In this document: piece after piece, positions 44,466-53,916 of the stretch
How positions within the stretch are numbered: the stretch's first letter is position 1
How the letters are laid out: each line of letters begins with the position of its first letter
From: a bacterium
GTDB taxonomy: Bacteria; Patescibacteriota; Minisyncoccia; Phycocordibacterales; UBA5272
Assembly (NCBI GenBank): GCA_027482685.1
Contig: JAIXVU010000008.1
Span: 4,652 to 68,651, forward strand
Length of the DNA: 64,000 nucleotides
Direction: 5' to 3'
Notes under the pieces: model-generated
Told to the model about the DNA's origin: nothing
The model's input: only the letters and a program-made list of their open reading frames with translations
The model's database searches: none
Position numbers and translations under genes: made by a program

Positions 44466-44870
44466 ATGGATGCAAATAAACCAAAATCAGAAAGGCAGTT
44501 AAAAGTAGAACAGGAGGTCCTCGCTATCACGCAGGACTTCTTTCAGCGTGAATCTTCGGGTGCGAGCATGATAACCATCACTCGTACAGATATATCTCGT
44601 GATATGAAGCATGGGACTATTTTCATGACAGTGCTGCCTGAGAACAAGGAAGAAGCGGCGATTAACTTCGCCAAGCGTATGCGCAGTGAACTGCGTCATT
44701 ATGTTATGAAGAGACTTCCTGTGAAAGTGATTCCATTTTTTGAAGTAGAGATTGACTACGGAGAGAAGAACCGTTTGCATGTAGAGTCCCTCCTAAGACA
44801 AGATAAAGAAAAGCAAAAAGCTATCGAGGAATTACGTGAACAGAAACAGAAAGAATTAGAGGATAATTAA
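44466..44870 (+). CDS. rbfA: Ribosome-binding factor A
   Basis: ITITRTDISRDMKHGTIF...VKVIPFFEVEID; follows infB. Confidence 0.88.
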   Translation: MDANKPKSERQLKVEQEVLAITQDFFQRESSGASMITITRTDISRDMKHGTIFMTVLPENKEEAAINFAKRMRSELRHYVMKRLPVKVIPFFEVEIDYGEKNRLHVESLLRQDKEKQKAIEELREQKQKELEDN

Positions 44871-44920
44871 AAATAGAGACTTCGAGGCATTCAGTCTTGC
44901 ATTAATACAAATGTCTATAC

Positions 44921-44951
44921 AAAAAACGGGGAACGCTTGCGCGTTCCCCGT
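44921..44951 (-). terminator. Intrinsic terminator
   Basis: acggggaacgc-ttgc-gcgttccccgt with an A tract on its left side. Confidence 0.75.
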
Positions 44952-44990
44952 GTTTACCAAGCCAGCCCTCCCGAGCTGCTTGGCGTATTG

Positions 44991-46037
44991 TCAGTGCACT
45001 GTGGCACCTGCAGCCGTCTGAGCGGCTGCGGTCACGACCGGCGCCTGTGGCGCCGGCTCTTCGTCAGCCTCGACCACATCGGCGTTGCCGTTGGCAATCG
45101 ACGCGGCGACTTGGTCGACCTCGTCCTCGTCCCAGAGCGGACGGAGGATGCTGGCGATGATGCTTGCGGCCGGATTCGAGTGCCCGGACTTGAGCAGTTG
45201 GTATGTCGGGATGTAGTTCCCGACCACCAGCCCTTCCGGGGCGCCGAGCGGTGCCACCGTCAGCTTGAGCGCGTGGATCATCGTGGCCCGCTCGCCCTTC
45301 CCTACCGGCACGAAGCAGGTCTGGAAGATGAGAGGCTTGTCACCGACGTTGAAGCCGAACGTGCCGACCTCGTCCTGGTCCATCACTTTCAAGAGTGAGC
45401 TCCCGATCTCGCCTGCAGCGATCTGCTCCCGCAGACCATCCATGGCCTCGCGGATGTTGATCGCTTCGGCGCCACCGGCGACCTCGATTGCACGCAGAAG
45501 TACGTCCATGACGGCCTTCTTCGTGTTTTCGAACTGCTGGTTGACCTCACGGTCACCAGTGCTCGCCCGCTGGAAGTACCGGCGCTTAGCCGGGTCGTCG
45601 TGCGAAGCGATTGATCGCAACTCATCGAAAAAGATGAAGAAGCCGACCGGCACCTTCCCGTTCTCCGAGCCGATCACCTTGGCCGCTTGGCGGTTGCCGC
45701 GCGGATTCGTGATAGTCGTACACTCGAAGAGGACATCTTCGAAGTAGAGATTCTCGACATCGCCGAAGGCGAAGAGAAGAAAATCCTCCGTGGCCTGCAA
45801 CCGGATGGCTGCGTTCTTGAGCGTCTCCTTGACGGGGTCACTCGTGGCAGACGTGCGCTCGACCATAACAGTCAGGTCGGGGTTGTTGCCGGCGGCCGTG
45901 GCCAACTGCGACGCGATGTCACCATGCGTCAGAGCGCTCCTGCCGGTGCGGCCGGTGTGGCCGCGGCGACCGGTGCGGCGAGCACGGCCGTTTGTTTCGT
46001 CGTCGTTGCTGTCGTCACGGAAATTCTGCTTGCCCAT
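44991..46037 (-). CDS. GC-rich orphan protein A
   Basis: Long ORF with strong G/C third-position bias, AAGGAG SD, and its own promoter and terminator. Confidence 0.75.
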   Translation of the reverse strand: MGKQNFRDDSNDDETNGRARRTGRRGHTGRTGRSALTHGDIASQLATAAGNNPDLTVMVERTSATSDPVKETLKNAAIRLQATEDFLLFAFGDVENLYFEDVLFECTTITNPRGNRQAAKVIGSENGKVPVGFFIFFDELRSIASHDDPAKRRYFQRASTGDREVNQQFENTKKAVMDVLLRAIEVAGGAEAINIREAMDGLREQIAAGEIGSSLLKVMDQDEVGTFGFNVGDKPLIFQTCFVPVGKGERATMIHALKLTVAPLGAPEGLVVGNYIPTYQLLKSGHSNPAASIIASILRPLWDEDEVDQVAASIANGNADVVEADEEPAPQAPVVTAAAQTAAGATVH

Positions 46038-46133
46038 GTCGGGACTCCTTATTTGAGAATTCATTACAGGGAACTACGGCGGCTATTCGGTTTTTGCTAC
46101 CCAATCAGGGTGAACGCGATTAGTCGTCGGCGT

Positions 46134-46209
46134 ATTATAGCATAATTAAGTACTTTGTCAATATCATCACAGGCACTTAACTTGACAAAAGTACAAAATA
46201 GTGTATACT
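46134..46209. promoter_or_regulatory. Divergent near-consensus sigma70 promoters
   Basis: Minus strand TTGACA(46161-46156)-16-TATAAT; plus strand TTGACA(46182-46187)-16-TATACT. Confidence 0.75.
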
Positions 46210-46307
46210 ATATTCACTGGACTATTGGGGAAGTAAAAACCTTGATAGAGATCCGGTAAGTTCATTGACTTTTCCCGCATTTACTGTAGCGGGTCAGGAG
46301 AAAATTC

Positions 46308-47483
46308 ATGCCGAAGAACAAGGGTGCTGACGGACGCGGTGACAGCAAGAGCATCGCTGAACGCGAAAAGCAGTCGCAGGACGCGAAGCTCCGTCGAAAG
46401 AAAGTCGCCGCTGTCGAAGGCGGTGCGGTCAAGTCGTTCGCCGACCTGACCGCTCTGCCGGTCGAGAAGGTTGTCGTTGCGACGGCGACCATCGACGACA
46501 TGATCAACGGCCGCGTGGCCACTGGCCACGTCATCGGTGTCGGGGAGGGCAACCTCTTCGAGGTCACCCAGAAGGGCCTGACCCTTCGCGCAGCGGAAGA
46601 CCAGGCTCTCACCGGCTACACCACGCGGGGAGAGAACATCTTCCTTCCCTTGTGGTCGCTCACGCTGGACGAGTTCACCTCGCCGCTTCGTAACGGAGCG
46701 AAGAACCAGTTTTTCGCCGACAAGCAGGAAGCGATGTGGAAGCACATCGCTTCGGAGATGACTGACGAGCAGACCCGCGCGCTCAAGAAGCGCTTGGATG
46801 ACGAGAAGGAGTCCGGCAAGTACGTCGGCGAAGATCGCGAAATCTTCGCCCGAGCGAACCGGAACATCAGCGACGCGTTCGAGGCACTCACCCTCGAGAA
46901 CTGCTTCGTGGAGTTCCGGATCGGCAACGATCTCGAGAAGAGCATCGTCGTCGGCGTTAGCGTCAGCAACGGCGCACTCGAGCTTCGCTTCGGCCACGTC
47001 GGTGGCGGGCATGAGCTCGCTGGCAAGGTGATCAAGGGCACCGTCCTCTGGGCTTCCGGCGGGCTGTTGCCCGAGACCTTGAGCGAGGCTCAGCTCAACT
47101 CGGTCTTTGGACCGTCGCTCACCGCCATGCGGTCTGTGCTGCTGAACGGCACCCACCGTGAGGTGGTAATATCCGGGCTCCTGGCTGCCCACCAGCGCCT
47201 CCGCAAGGAAGGGCGGGCAAATCAGAAGGTGGCATCGGTACTCACACTGGTCCCCTCCAAGAAGGTCGAGACTCCGGTCGCTCAGACCGTCGCCCCGACC
47301 CCTGCCCCCAAGCCGGTCGCGCAACCCGCACCGGTGATGACCGGAACGGTCTCTCCCGAACAGGACAACATCACCCAGCTCATCAAGAGCTTGCGTGAAG
47401 CCGGTATGAGCCCGAAGGATATCGGCGAAGCCATTGCGGGCTACAACACCAACAAGGCCAGCTCCGGCAGCAAGTCTGCCTGA
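46308..47483 (+). CDS. GC-rich orphan protein B
   Basis: Long ORF with G/C third-position bias, CAGGAG SD and terminator at 47521-47560. Confidence 0.75.
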   Translation: MPKNKGADGRGDSKSIAEREKQSQDAKLRRKKVAAVEGGAVKSFADLTALPVEKVVVATATIDDMINGRVATGHVIGVGEGNLFEVTQKGLTLRAAEDQALTGYTTRGENIFLPLWSLTLDEFTSPLRNGAKNQFFADKQEAMWKHIASEMTDEQTRALKKRLDDEKESGKYVGEDREIFARANRNISDAFEALTLENCFVEFRIGNDLEKSIVVGVSVSNGALELRFGHVGGGHELAGKVIKGTVLWASGGLLPETLSEAQLNSVFGPSLTAMRSVLLNGTHREVVISGLLAAHQRLRKEGRANQKVASVLTLVPSKKVETPVAQTVAPTPAPKPVAQPAPVMTGTVSPEQDNITQLIKSLREAGMSPKDIGEAIAGYNTNKASSGSKSA

Positions 47484-47638
47484 TCGGCCAAGTGGCTCGT
47501 GCAATGCGAGCCACAAACACGCTCCACCCCGACTAACCGTCGTGCGGTGGAGCTTTTTTATTTGTAATGCATTTTCAGTATTCGCAAAAAATACATTTTT
47601 ACGCTATAATCTCTTAACAGTTTTCAAAAAGTAAATAT

Positions 47639-47720
47639 GCCCGGGTGGCGAAATTGGTAGACGCACTTGCCTTAGGAGCAAGCGAGGCAACTCATGAAGG
47701 TTCAAGTCCTTTCCCGGGCA
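47639..47720 (+). tRNA. tRNA-Leu(UAG)
   Basis: GCCCGGG...CTTGC-CTTAGGA-GCAAG...GTTCAAGTC...CCCGGGCA. Confidence 0.95.
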
Positions 47721-49339
47721 CCCTTTAGTACATTTTGATTCTCAAGAGAGTCAAAAGGTGGATTAAGTGTTTGTTTATAAGGTTTTTTATCCTTAACATA
47801 AAAGTTCAAGAAGATTTTCCTCATTATATAGTCTAAATCACTCATTTGTGTCATTTTAGGTATGTTTTCTGGGACTTTTTCCATAAGTTTAATAAATTCA
47901 GAATAAGTAATAATTCCATCTTTTTCGTTGTCTAATAACTTTTTAAGTTTAGTTATCTCTTTTTCTTTATCTTTAATACTTGCCTCAATCTTTACAATGT
48001 CATTTCTATAATAATCTTTTATATTATCCGACTCATTTCCTACAAGTAAATCTTTCACTTGTTCAAACCTTTCCTTTAAATAGTTTATTTGTTTTGATAA
48101 CACCAAAATGTTATTTTTCAATATCCCAGAATTTTTTGATAAAACATTTTTCATCTCATTAACAAAATGGTCATAACTCCCTTTACTTGAAAAAGGTTTT
48201 TGTTCTAGATAGTCAGTTGCAAATCCTATTATCTCTTTAGCTCTTATAGATTTATTTCTTTGAGGGCATTCCACTGTATCACATCTGTAATAAAAGTACC
48301 CCTCAGAGCCGTTCTTTAGTTTTTTGCTTGTTATTCCAGGTGTTAACGCTTCATTGCAGTCACCACAAATAATCATTCCAGTCATTAAATTAGCTTTCTT
48401 GTTATCTCCTTTTTTATATCTCTTGGAAAGTTTAATAAATTCTGAATTACCAGTTAGTTTATTTATTCTAAAAAATTCATCAACTGTAATCATAGGAATG
48501 AAGCCTTGTATTTTTATGAGATTAACAACCACACCTTTTCCATACATAAGAATGCCTGTATATACTGGGTCTTTCATTATTGTTAACAACCTTTGTTTGG
48601 TCATTCCATAAACTTTAGGAGATGTTTCTGTATTTGAGTGATAATAGTTATTATCCTTTAAGTAATCACATATTTCATCAAAAGTCTTTCCTTCAAGGCG
48701 AAGCTGAAAAGCGTTTTGCAACAAAACAAAGTTTTCACCATTTGGTATAAGATTACTATTTCTATCTTTGAAATAACCATTCTTTGCTTTGTTTACATAA
48801 GCACCTCTTTCAATACTTTTTTCATTGCCACGCATAACATCATCTGATAATTTATCGGAGTATTCTTTTGAGAGAACAAAAGTAATGCCTAGTAACATTT
48901 TTCCACTCGTATCATTCGTAAATGAAAAACTAGGAAACTTCAAATCTGCTATGATGTGCTTATCAAGCAAATCTATAACCTCTCCCGCCTCTTTCATATT
49001 TCTGGATAACCTATCTGGATGCCAAGCAATTATTCCGTCGTACTTACCACTTTTTAATCCATTTAACATTTCTCTAAAAATGGGTCGTATATCTGGCTCT
49101 TTAGCAGACCTTTTTTCTATAAGAATATCCACCTTCTTTAATTCGTTTCTTTCAGCAAATTCAACACATTTATCAACCTGGTCCTCAATTGAAAAAACTT
49201 GTTTACTTTCTTCATCCGTTGACTTTCTTGCATAGATTACATATTTCAATTTTGCTGTGTCTACATCTCTGCCGTTTATTGGTATTGCTAACCTCAATAA
49301 TTCAGCTAACTCTTCAGGTGTTTTTGGAAAATCTGACAT
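47702..49339 (-). CDS. Large serine recombinase (resolvase, recombinase and Zn-ribbon domains)
   Basis: YARKS, DRLSRN, CGDC...YYRC..C; stop codon lies inside the tRNA 3' end. Confidence 0.92.
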   Translation of the reverse strand: MSDFPKTPEELAELLRLAIPINGRDVDTAKLKYVIYARKSTDEESKQVFSIEDQVDKCVEFAERNELKKVDILIEKRSAKEPDIRPIFREMLNGLKSGKYDGIIAWHPDRLSRNMKEAGEVIDLLDKHIIADLKFPSFSFTNDTSGKMLLGITFVLSKEYSDKLSDDVMRGNEKSIERGAYVNKAKNGYFKDRNSNLIPNGENFVLLQNAFQLRLEGKTFDEICDYLKDNNYYHSNTETSPKVYGMTKQRLLTIMKDPVYTGILMYGKGVVVNLIKIQGFIPMITVDEFFRINKLTGNSEFIKLSKRYKKGDNKKANLMTGMIICGDCNEALTPGITSKKLKNGSEGYFYYRCDTVECPQRNKSIRAKEIIGFATDYLEQKPFSSKGSYDHFVNEMKNVLSKNSGILKNNILVLSKQINYLKERFEQVKDLLVGNESDNIKDYYRNDIVKIEASIKDKEKEITKLKKLLDNEKDGIITYSEFIKLMEKVPENIPKMTQMSDLDYIMRKIFLNFYVKDKKPYKQTLNPPFDSLENQNVLKGARERT

Positions 49340-49446
49340 GCTGTTATATTATCACAATACAAAAGAGAAAAGACGGCTAGAAAATAAAGCTGAAGCACTC
49401 TTGGTTGTTCCAAAATTGACCATTATTAATAAAAAGAGTACTTTGT

Positions 49447-49911
49447 TTAGCGTTTTACACTACCCCATTTATCAAGCATATCTAGCGCTTTCTTTTTTTG
49501 TTCTTTAATTTTTAATATGTTTGCCTCAGAATCATAGTATAAATTACTTGAATCTTGTGGCATTACTCTTGGTTTTCCATATAGACGGTCAAAGAAAATT
49601 TGAATAGCCTTTATGTCACCATTTCTTGCTTTGTTTATAAGTTGAATAAGTATAATTTGTTCAATATCTATATCTTCCAAAGTAAATTTATCTTTATGTG
49701 TTTCGTTATATTGATTTACATAATTTATAGCAATTCTTTCCATTGCCAAATCTATGAGAGTGCTATAATTTCTCACCCCTTTTTGTCTTCCATTCGGGTT
49801 GCCTGACTGACCCTTTTGGAAAGGTTTCAAGTTACTTTTACTTTTAGGATTACTTCCCCGCAAAGTACCGTCTTTTGATATTGTTTCACTATTTCTTTCA
49901 CTGCTTTGCAT
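49447..49911 (-). CDS. DUF5681-type / terminase small subunit-like protein
   Basis: NLKPFQKGQSGNPNGRQKG and KARNGDIKAIQIFFDRLYGKP. Confidence 0.7.
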   Translation of the reverse strand: MQSSERNSETISKDGTLRGSNPKSKSNLKPFQKGQSGNPNGRQKGVRNYSTLIDLAMERIAINYVNQYNETHKDKFTLEDIDIEQIILIQLINKARNGDIKAIQIFFDRLYGKPRVMPQDSSNLYYDSEANILKIKEQKKKALDMLDKWGSVKR

Positions 49912-49996
49912 ATGTATATCATAATAAAAAATAACAAAATAATACAGAGAAAGTGTATATGTTTATTCTTTGAGCAAATTCATTAGTACCCGTAAA

Positions 49997-50758
49997 TTAC
50001 TCTGGCATAGTTTCTTCTGTGAGAATCACAGGGGGTTGAGCGCTCTGTACAATTTCTACCAACTTTGCTTTTTTCTTTAGCTCGGTCTTTGCTTTTGGCT
50101 TAGAAACATCTAAGGTTGTAGTAATTATTTGGTAAACAGATTCTAAAATATCTTCACTAGAAAAGTTTACCCCTGTCTTACTTTTTAGGTTTTTCTTTAG
50201 AAGCTTAATAACCGACTCATCAAATAAGTATTTTGATAATGAAACTGGCGACAAACTGTCAACTTTTTTCCAATAAATATCAAGTAAATTCTTTGAAATA
50301 GCTTTTTTAGTAATAAGTTCAAACAAAGTAAAACAGTCTTTGTAATCTTTTTCATTGAGTAAATCTAAATCAAAAACAAGTTTTGTGTAGACTGGCTTTG
50401 CAAACATAACCTTATAGAGCTGAAACTGTTTACCATTTAAGAGTAGTATCCAGTCTATACCCTCACTAGCTGAGTAACCCAAACTTTGCCTTAGGTGATT
50501 TTCATTTAGTTTTATACCTAGCGACTTAACTTCTACAACCATCCTCTTTTTCTTACCTGTTTGAATAACATAATCAGCATAACCACCACTTATTTCATAC
50601 TCAGTTTTAATCTCTTCATTTTGAGAGTATCCGAGTACGTTTCTTAAAAAATCATTTATAAGTAATCTAGTGCCAGACTCGTTTAATTTTGGGTTATTTT
50701 TATATGCCAAAACTAAATCTTTCTTATAATCCTTAATAGCATCTTTATGGTTTTTCAT
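49997..50758 (-). CDS. Stand-alone type I restriction HsdR N-terminal-like nuclease domain protein
   Basis: NESGTR...FLRNVLGY, YADY, VEVK, QSLGY and WILLLNG (PD-(D/E)xK-like). Confidence 0.78.
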   Translation of the reverse strand: MKNHKDAIKDYKKDLVLAYKNNPKLNESGTRLLINDFLRNVLGYSQNEEIKTEYEISGGYADYVIQTGKKKRMVVEVKSLGIKLNENHLRQSLGYSASEGIDWILLLNGKQFQLYKVMFAKPVYTKLVFDLDLLNEKDYKDCFTLFELITKKAISKNLLDIYWKKVDSLSPVSLSKYLFDESVIKLLKKNLKSKTGVNFSSEDILESVYQIITTTLDVSKPKAKTELKKKAKLVEIVQSAQPPVILTEETMPE

Positions 50759-50765
50759 AAGACTG

Positions 50766-51212
50766 TTAGCGAGTTTTATCTTTTAGTTCATCTAATAATT
50801 TTTTCAACTTGTAAGGATTAGCAACGTTCCTTAACACCACTTCTTGCCCCCCAGTTCCAGCAGTATCAATAGAAATAATCCCCGATTTGGTAAAGACTCT
50901 TTGTAGGAATGGTTCAGAAACATACGTATCAGTTATCTTGTTGTAGTCAATACTCACCAAACTTGTTGACAACCATCCTCGGTGGATTAAAACTCTTTTA
51001 TTAGTAAAAGCATAGACATTTGCTCGTTTAACGTAAAATAAGAAGTAGAATAAAACAAAAAGAGGAGCCCCTATTGTGAAAAATGGTAAAGATATAACTA
51101 ACCAAATAATCATATAAAAAATTCTATATTTATCACCGACTGAAAACTCTTCTTTAACTTCTTCACTGTTACCTAAAACTTTCTTCCAAATATCTTGATT
51201 TACTGTATTCAT
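50766..51212 (-). CDS. Membrane-anchored bacterial PH-domain (bPH_2) protein
   Basis: TM hairpin followed by YAFTNKRVLIHRGWLS...IDYNKITD...G.ISIDTAG. Confidence 0.78.
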   Translation of the reverse strand: MNTVNQDIWKKVLGNSEEVKEEFSVGDKYRIFYMIIWLVISLPFFTIGAPLFVLFYFLFYVKRANVYAFTNKRVLIHRGWLSTSLVSIDYNKITDTYVSEPFLQRVFTKSGIISIDTAGTGGQEVVLRNVANPYKLKKLLDELKDKTR

Positions 51213-51254
51213 ATTATTAAGTTGTTAAAATTAATTTTTAAGAGCTATATAAAA

Positions 51255-51401
51255 AACAAAATAGGCACCCCATATAGCGGAGTGCCCAAAAACCAATAGA
51301 TTAACTACTGATTATGTTCTCCGCATAGGATGCCTATGCTGTACACAATCAGTAGTTAACCCTTGTGGGTTTTTGATTTATTTCTTATTGGTTTTTGGGC
51401 A
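51255..51401 (-). ncRNA. Candidate structured leader/ncRNA with pseudoknot
   Basis: Three complementary segment pairs, TGTGATATAAT promoter at 51417-51407 and a U-rich 3' tail. Confidence 0.5.
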
Positions 51402-51479
51402 GTTTAATTATATCACATAGAGGAAAACACCTTATTACTACTATATAATAAGTTCAATAACTCCTTTGTATATACAAAA

Positions 51480-51608
51480 CTATCTCTTTTCTATTCCAAG
51501 AGTTACAACTCTCCCATCCCCACTTGTTACTTGCTGTGGCAAAGTACCTGTACTTACTGGAGTTTTTGGAAGATGTTGAACTACATCTGTTAAGTTGTCT
51601 TTTCTCAT
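51480..51608 (-). CDS. Small hypothetical protein (42 aa)
   Basis: TGGTATACT 8 nt before ATG; MRKDNLTDVVQHLPKTPVSTGTLPQQVTSGDGRVVTLGIEKR. Confidence 0.35.
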   Translation of the reverse strand: MRKDNLTDVVQHLPKTPVSTGTLPQQVTSGDGRVVTLGIEKR

Positions 51609-51761
51609 ATACTAAAAGTATACCATGCTTAATAAGTAATAATTAGAGTGTCTTTGGCATACTCTTTAGACAGAAACTCTTTCATAGACTTATTCCAAAT
51701 CTTTACTACTTCAAGGTTATTTATTAGTATTTCAAAAAGTTCAAGTGTGGTATGATACTCT

Positions 51762-52082
51762 GCACAGAATAATAAATACCCATACTGTAATCAGTATGGG
51801 TATTTATTATTCTGTGAGCATTTGAAGCATGTGACCTGCGTCACATGCGGAAGGACTTGAATAGAGGTCGCGAAACTTTATCGACGAGCTTGCGAGGAGA
51901 AGTTTTGTGACCAAGTCCTTTCCCGGGCACATAAATACAAAAGACAGACTTTCAAGGTCTGTCTTTTGTATTGACTGTGTTTCTATAGAAGCAAACAAAC
52001 TTGCTTTGTTTGCGGAAGGACTTGAATACGAGGTCACGAAACCACTTCGAGCAGAGCGAGGTAGTTTTGTGACCAAGTCCTT
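51762..52082 (+). repeat. Two tandem tRNA-shadow units cognate to tRNA-Leu(UAG)
   Basis: Each has a hairpin, a CTGC/CTTGC-loop hairpin, aaggacttgaa (antisense T-arm), a ggtc.cgaaac...gttttgtgacc core and caagtcctt. Confidence 0.8.
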
Positions 52083-52104
52083 ATGATTAAGGTATAATAT
52101 AAAT

Positions 52105-52476
52105 ATGAATAGATTTGAACAAACATCACCCACAATACAACAAGCCGAAAGTCCTTTTAAAAATACATTTGAGAATTCTGAGTTCAAAATAAAACTAGAT
52201 AAAGCTGTAAGTGATTTTTCAAAATCACACATTAATCTCTCCGATACAAATAATGCCAAATGGCAGTGTTTGGAAGTATCTTGGGAGTTCATTAAATTTT
52301 TAAATGATACTGAGGTAATTACACCTGAAATGATTGAGCAAGGTGTGGTTGGAGTTTCTCATGCTAATATCAAAGGAACACCTCACACAGTAGCAAAAGT
52401 CGGGGATAAATTAATTGATTGGACTTATAGACAATTTGAACCCGAAAGCCCATTTCCATATATTCATACCCTTTAA
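52105..52476 (+). CDS. Hypothetical protein
   Basis: GGTATAAT 6 nt before ATG; C...H...IDWT.RQF resembles a papain/transglutaminase-like triad (weak). Confidence 0.6.
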   Translation: MNRFEQTSPTIQQAESPFKNTFENSEFKIKLDKAVSDFSKSHINLSDTNNAKWQCLEVSWEFIKFLNDTEVITPEMIEQGVVGVSHANIKGTPHTVAKVGDKLIDWTYRQFEPESPFPYIHTL

Positions 52477-52533
52477 TTTATTTTATAAATCTTTGTAATT
52501 GCTGTATAGAAGATTTGATATCATTACTATATA

Positions 52534-53262
52534 ATGAAAATTCAGAAAGACACAATATTGGGGCACGCTATGATTATCCCTATTATATTCGAGGATAACA
52601 ATATATTAGTTATCGATAAACCCTCAGGTCTTGTTGTGCATCCGTTTGATTTTTCTGATGAGTCAACACTTATTGATTTTTTACGTATTCATATACCAGA
52701 ATCTTTTTCTATAAATAACACTATAACGCTTCAAGATGGCCGTGAGATAGCCCTTGGTGGTATCGTACATAAACTCGACCGTGATACCTCTGGTGTGATG
52801 GTGGTTGCGAAAAACCAGCAATCATTTGATGCGCTTCAAAAGCAGTTCCAGAGAAAAGACGGAGCACAGCCTGTTACAAAAGTATACGTTGCAGTAGTCG
52901 AGAGAATTATTAAAGAAGACTCTTTTACAATTGATGCACCACTGGGGAGAGAAAAGAAAGGCTACAAGCAAGTGGTCAATCCTAGCAACCCTCGTGGAGA
53001 ACTGCGCGATGCTGTAACTAAAGTTAAGGTGATACAAAGAAATGCGGAAACAACGCTCGTAGAGCTACACCCCGTCACTGGTAGGACACATCAGTTACGT
53101 GCACACATGTCATCAATCGGACATGCTATTGTTGGTGACATCGCATATGGTAGCACCTTCCCTGCTACACGAATCATGCTACACGCACAATCACTATCGT
53201 TTATGGTTGATGGGAAGGAATATATTTTTGAGGCAAAGGTGCCGGACGGGTTTACTGTCTAA
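52534..53262 (+). CDS. RluA-family pseudouridine synthase
   Basis: DKPSGLVVH, HKLDRDTSG, TGRTHQLRAH and IVGD. Confidence 0.92.
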   Translation: MKIQKDTILGHAMIIPIIFEDNNILVIDKPSGLVVHPFDFSDESTLIDFLRIHIPESFSINNTITLQDGREIALGGIVHKLDRDTSGVMVVAKNQQSFDALQKQFQRKDGAQPVTKVYVAVVERIIKEDSFTIDAPLGREKKGYKQVVNPSNPRGELRDAVTKVKVIQRNAETTLVELHPVTGRTHQLRAHMSSIGHAIVGDIAYGSTFPATRIMLHAQSLSFMVDGKEYIFEAKVPDGFTV

Positions 53263-53280
53263 AAATATTTCTACAAGAAG

Positions 53281-53841
53281 TTATCGTAATAGATACGCAA
53301 CGAGAAGCGTTGATACAATATCTCCTGCGAAGAGATACGGCGCTATCTGTCTAAATGGCACTTTACCAAACGCGAGACCAACGAGCAAGATATCATTAGG
53401 GGCTGGGAAGAACGCACTATAACAAAAGATGAATATATGTAACATCCAGTCAGGCAGTATCTTTATTGCTCTTGCTGTAAAGTCTGTTACTTTTTTCCAA
53501 TGCCTATCTATAATATATGTACTTCTACTTATGACATAATAGAAAATAAAATCACTCAGACATACACCAAGGCCACCTGTGATACCAAGTAGAAGCGGAT
53601 TAGCCCCACCTTTTGCAAGGGCTCCGATTGTGACGTAAAAGGTCGTACTGGTAATGGATGAAAATCCGCAAATAGCCGAGACAATAAACGCAACTAAGTA
53701 TGAATTTTGTATGCCAATCTTCTGCACTAGCGAATCAGGAGAAACGAAATGAAAGAATATTCCCCATCCGATAGTAATGAGTACTATAAGTATGATAGGT
53801 CCATAAAACTTAAGCCAAGAGATAGTAATTTCTCTTTGCAT
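53281..53841 (-). CDS. DedA/VTT-like membrane protein
   Basis: Multiple TM segments, GLGVCLSD.I.Y and FPAPND. Confidence 0.6.
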   Translation of the reverse strand: MQREITISWLKFYGPIILIVLITIGWGIFFHFVSPDSLVQKIGIQNSYLVAFIVSAICGFSSITSTTFYVTIGALAKGGANPLLLGITGGLGVCLSDFIFYYVISRSTYIIDRHWKKVTDFTARAIKILPDWMLHIFIFCYSAFFPAPNDILLVGLAFGKVPFRQIAPYLFAGDIVSTLLVAYLLR

Positions 53842-53916
53842 ACTAGTTGTAATATTTAGCAAGAAGAACCCTTGCACACATGAGACTTATCAAGACTACA
53901 CCATAGGTTGTAGTCA

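Larger units (their letters stand above)
47703..51930. mobile_element. AT-rich integrative island at tRNA-Leu(UAG)
   Basis: Serine recombinase abutting the tRNA, sharp drop in GC, and 19-bp direct repeat caagtcctttcccgggcac at 47703 and 51912; right boundary uncertain (about 51760 or 51930). Confidence 0.8.

Noticed and set aside
46281-47516. 411-aa minus-strand ORF and other long overlapping ORFs in 44937-47516
   Set aside because: Antisense shadows of GC-rich genes; promoter, SD, terminator and codon bias support the opposite strand
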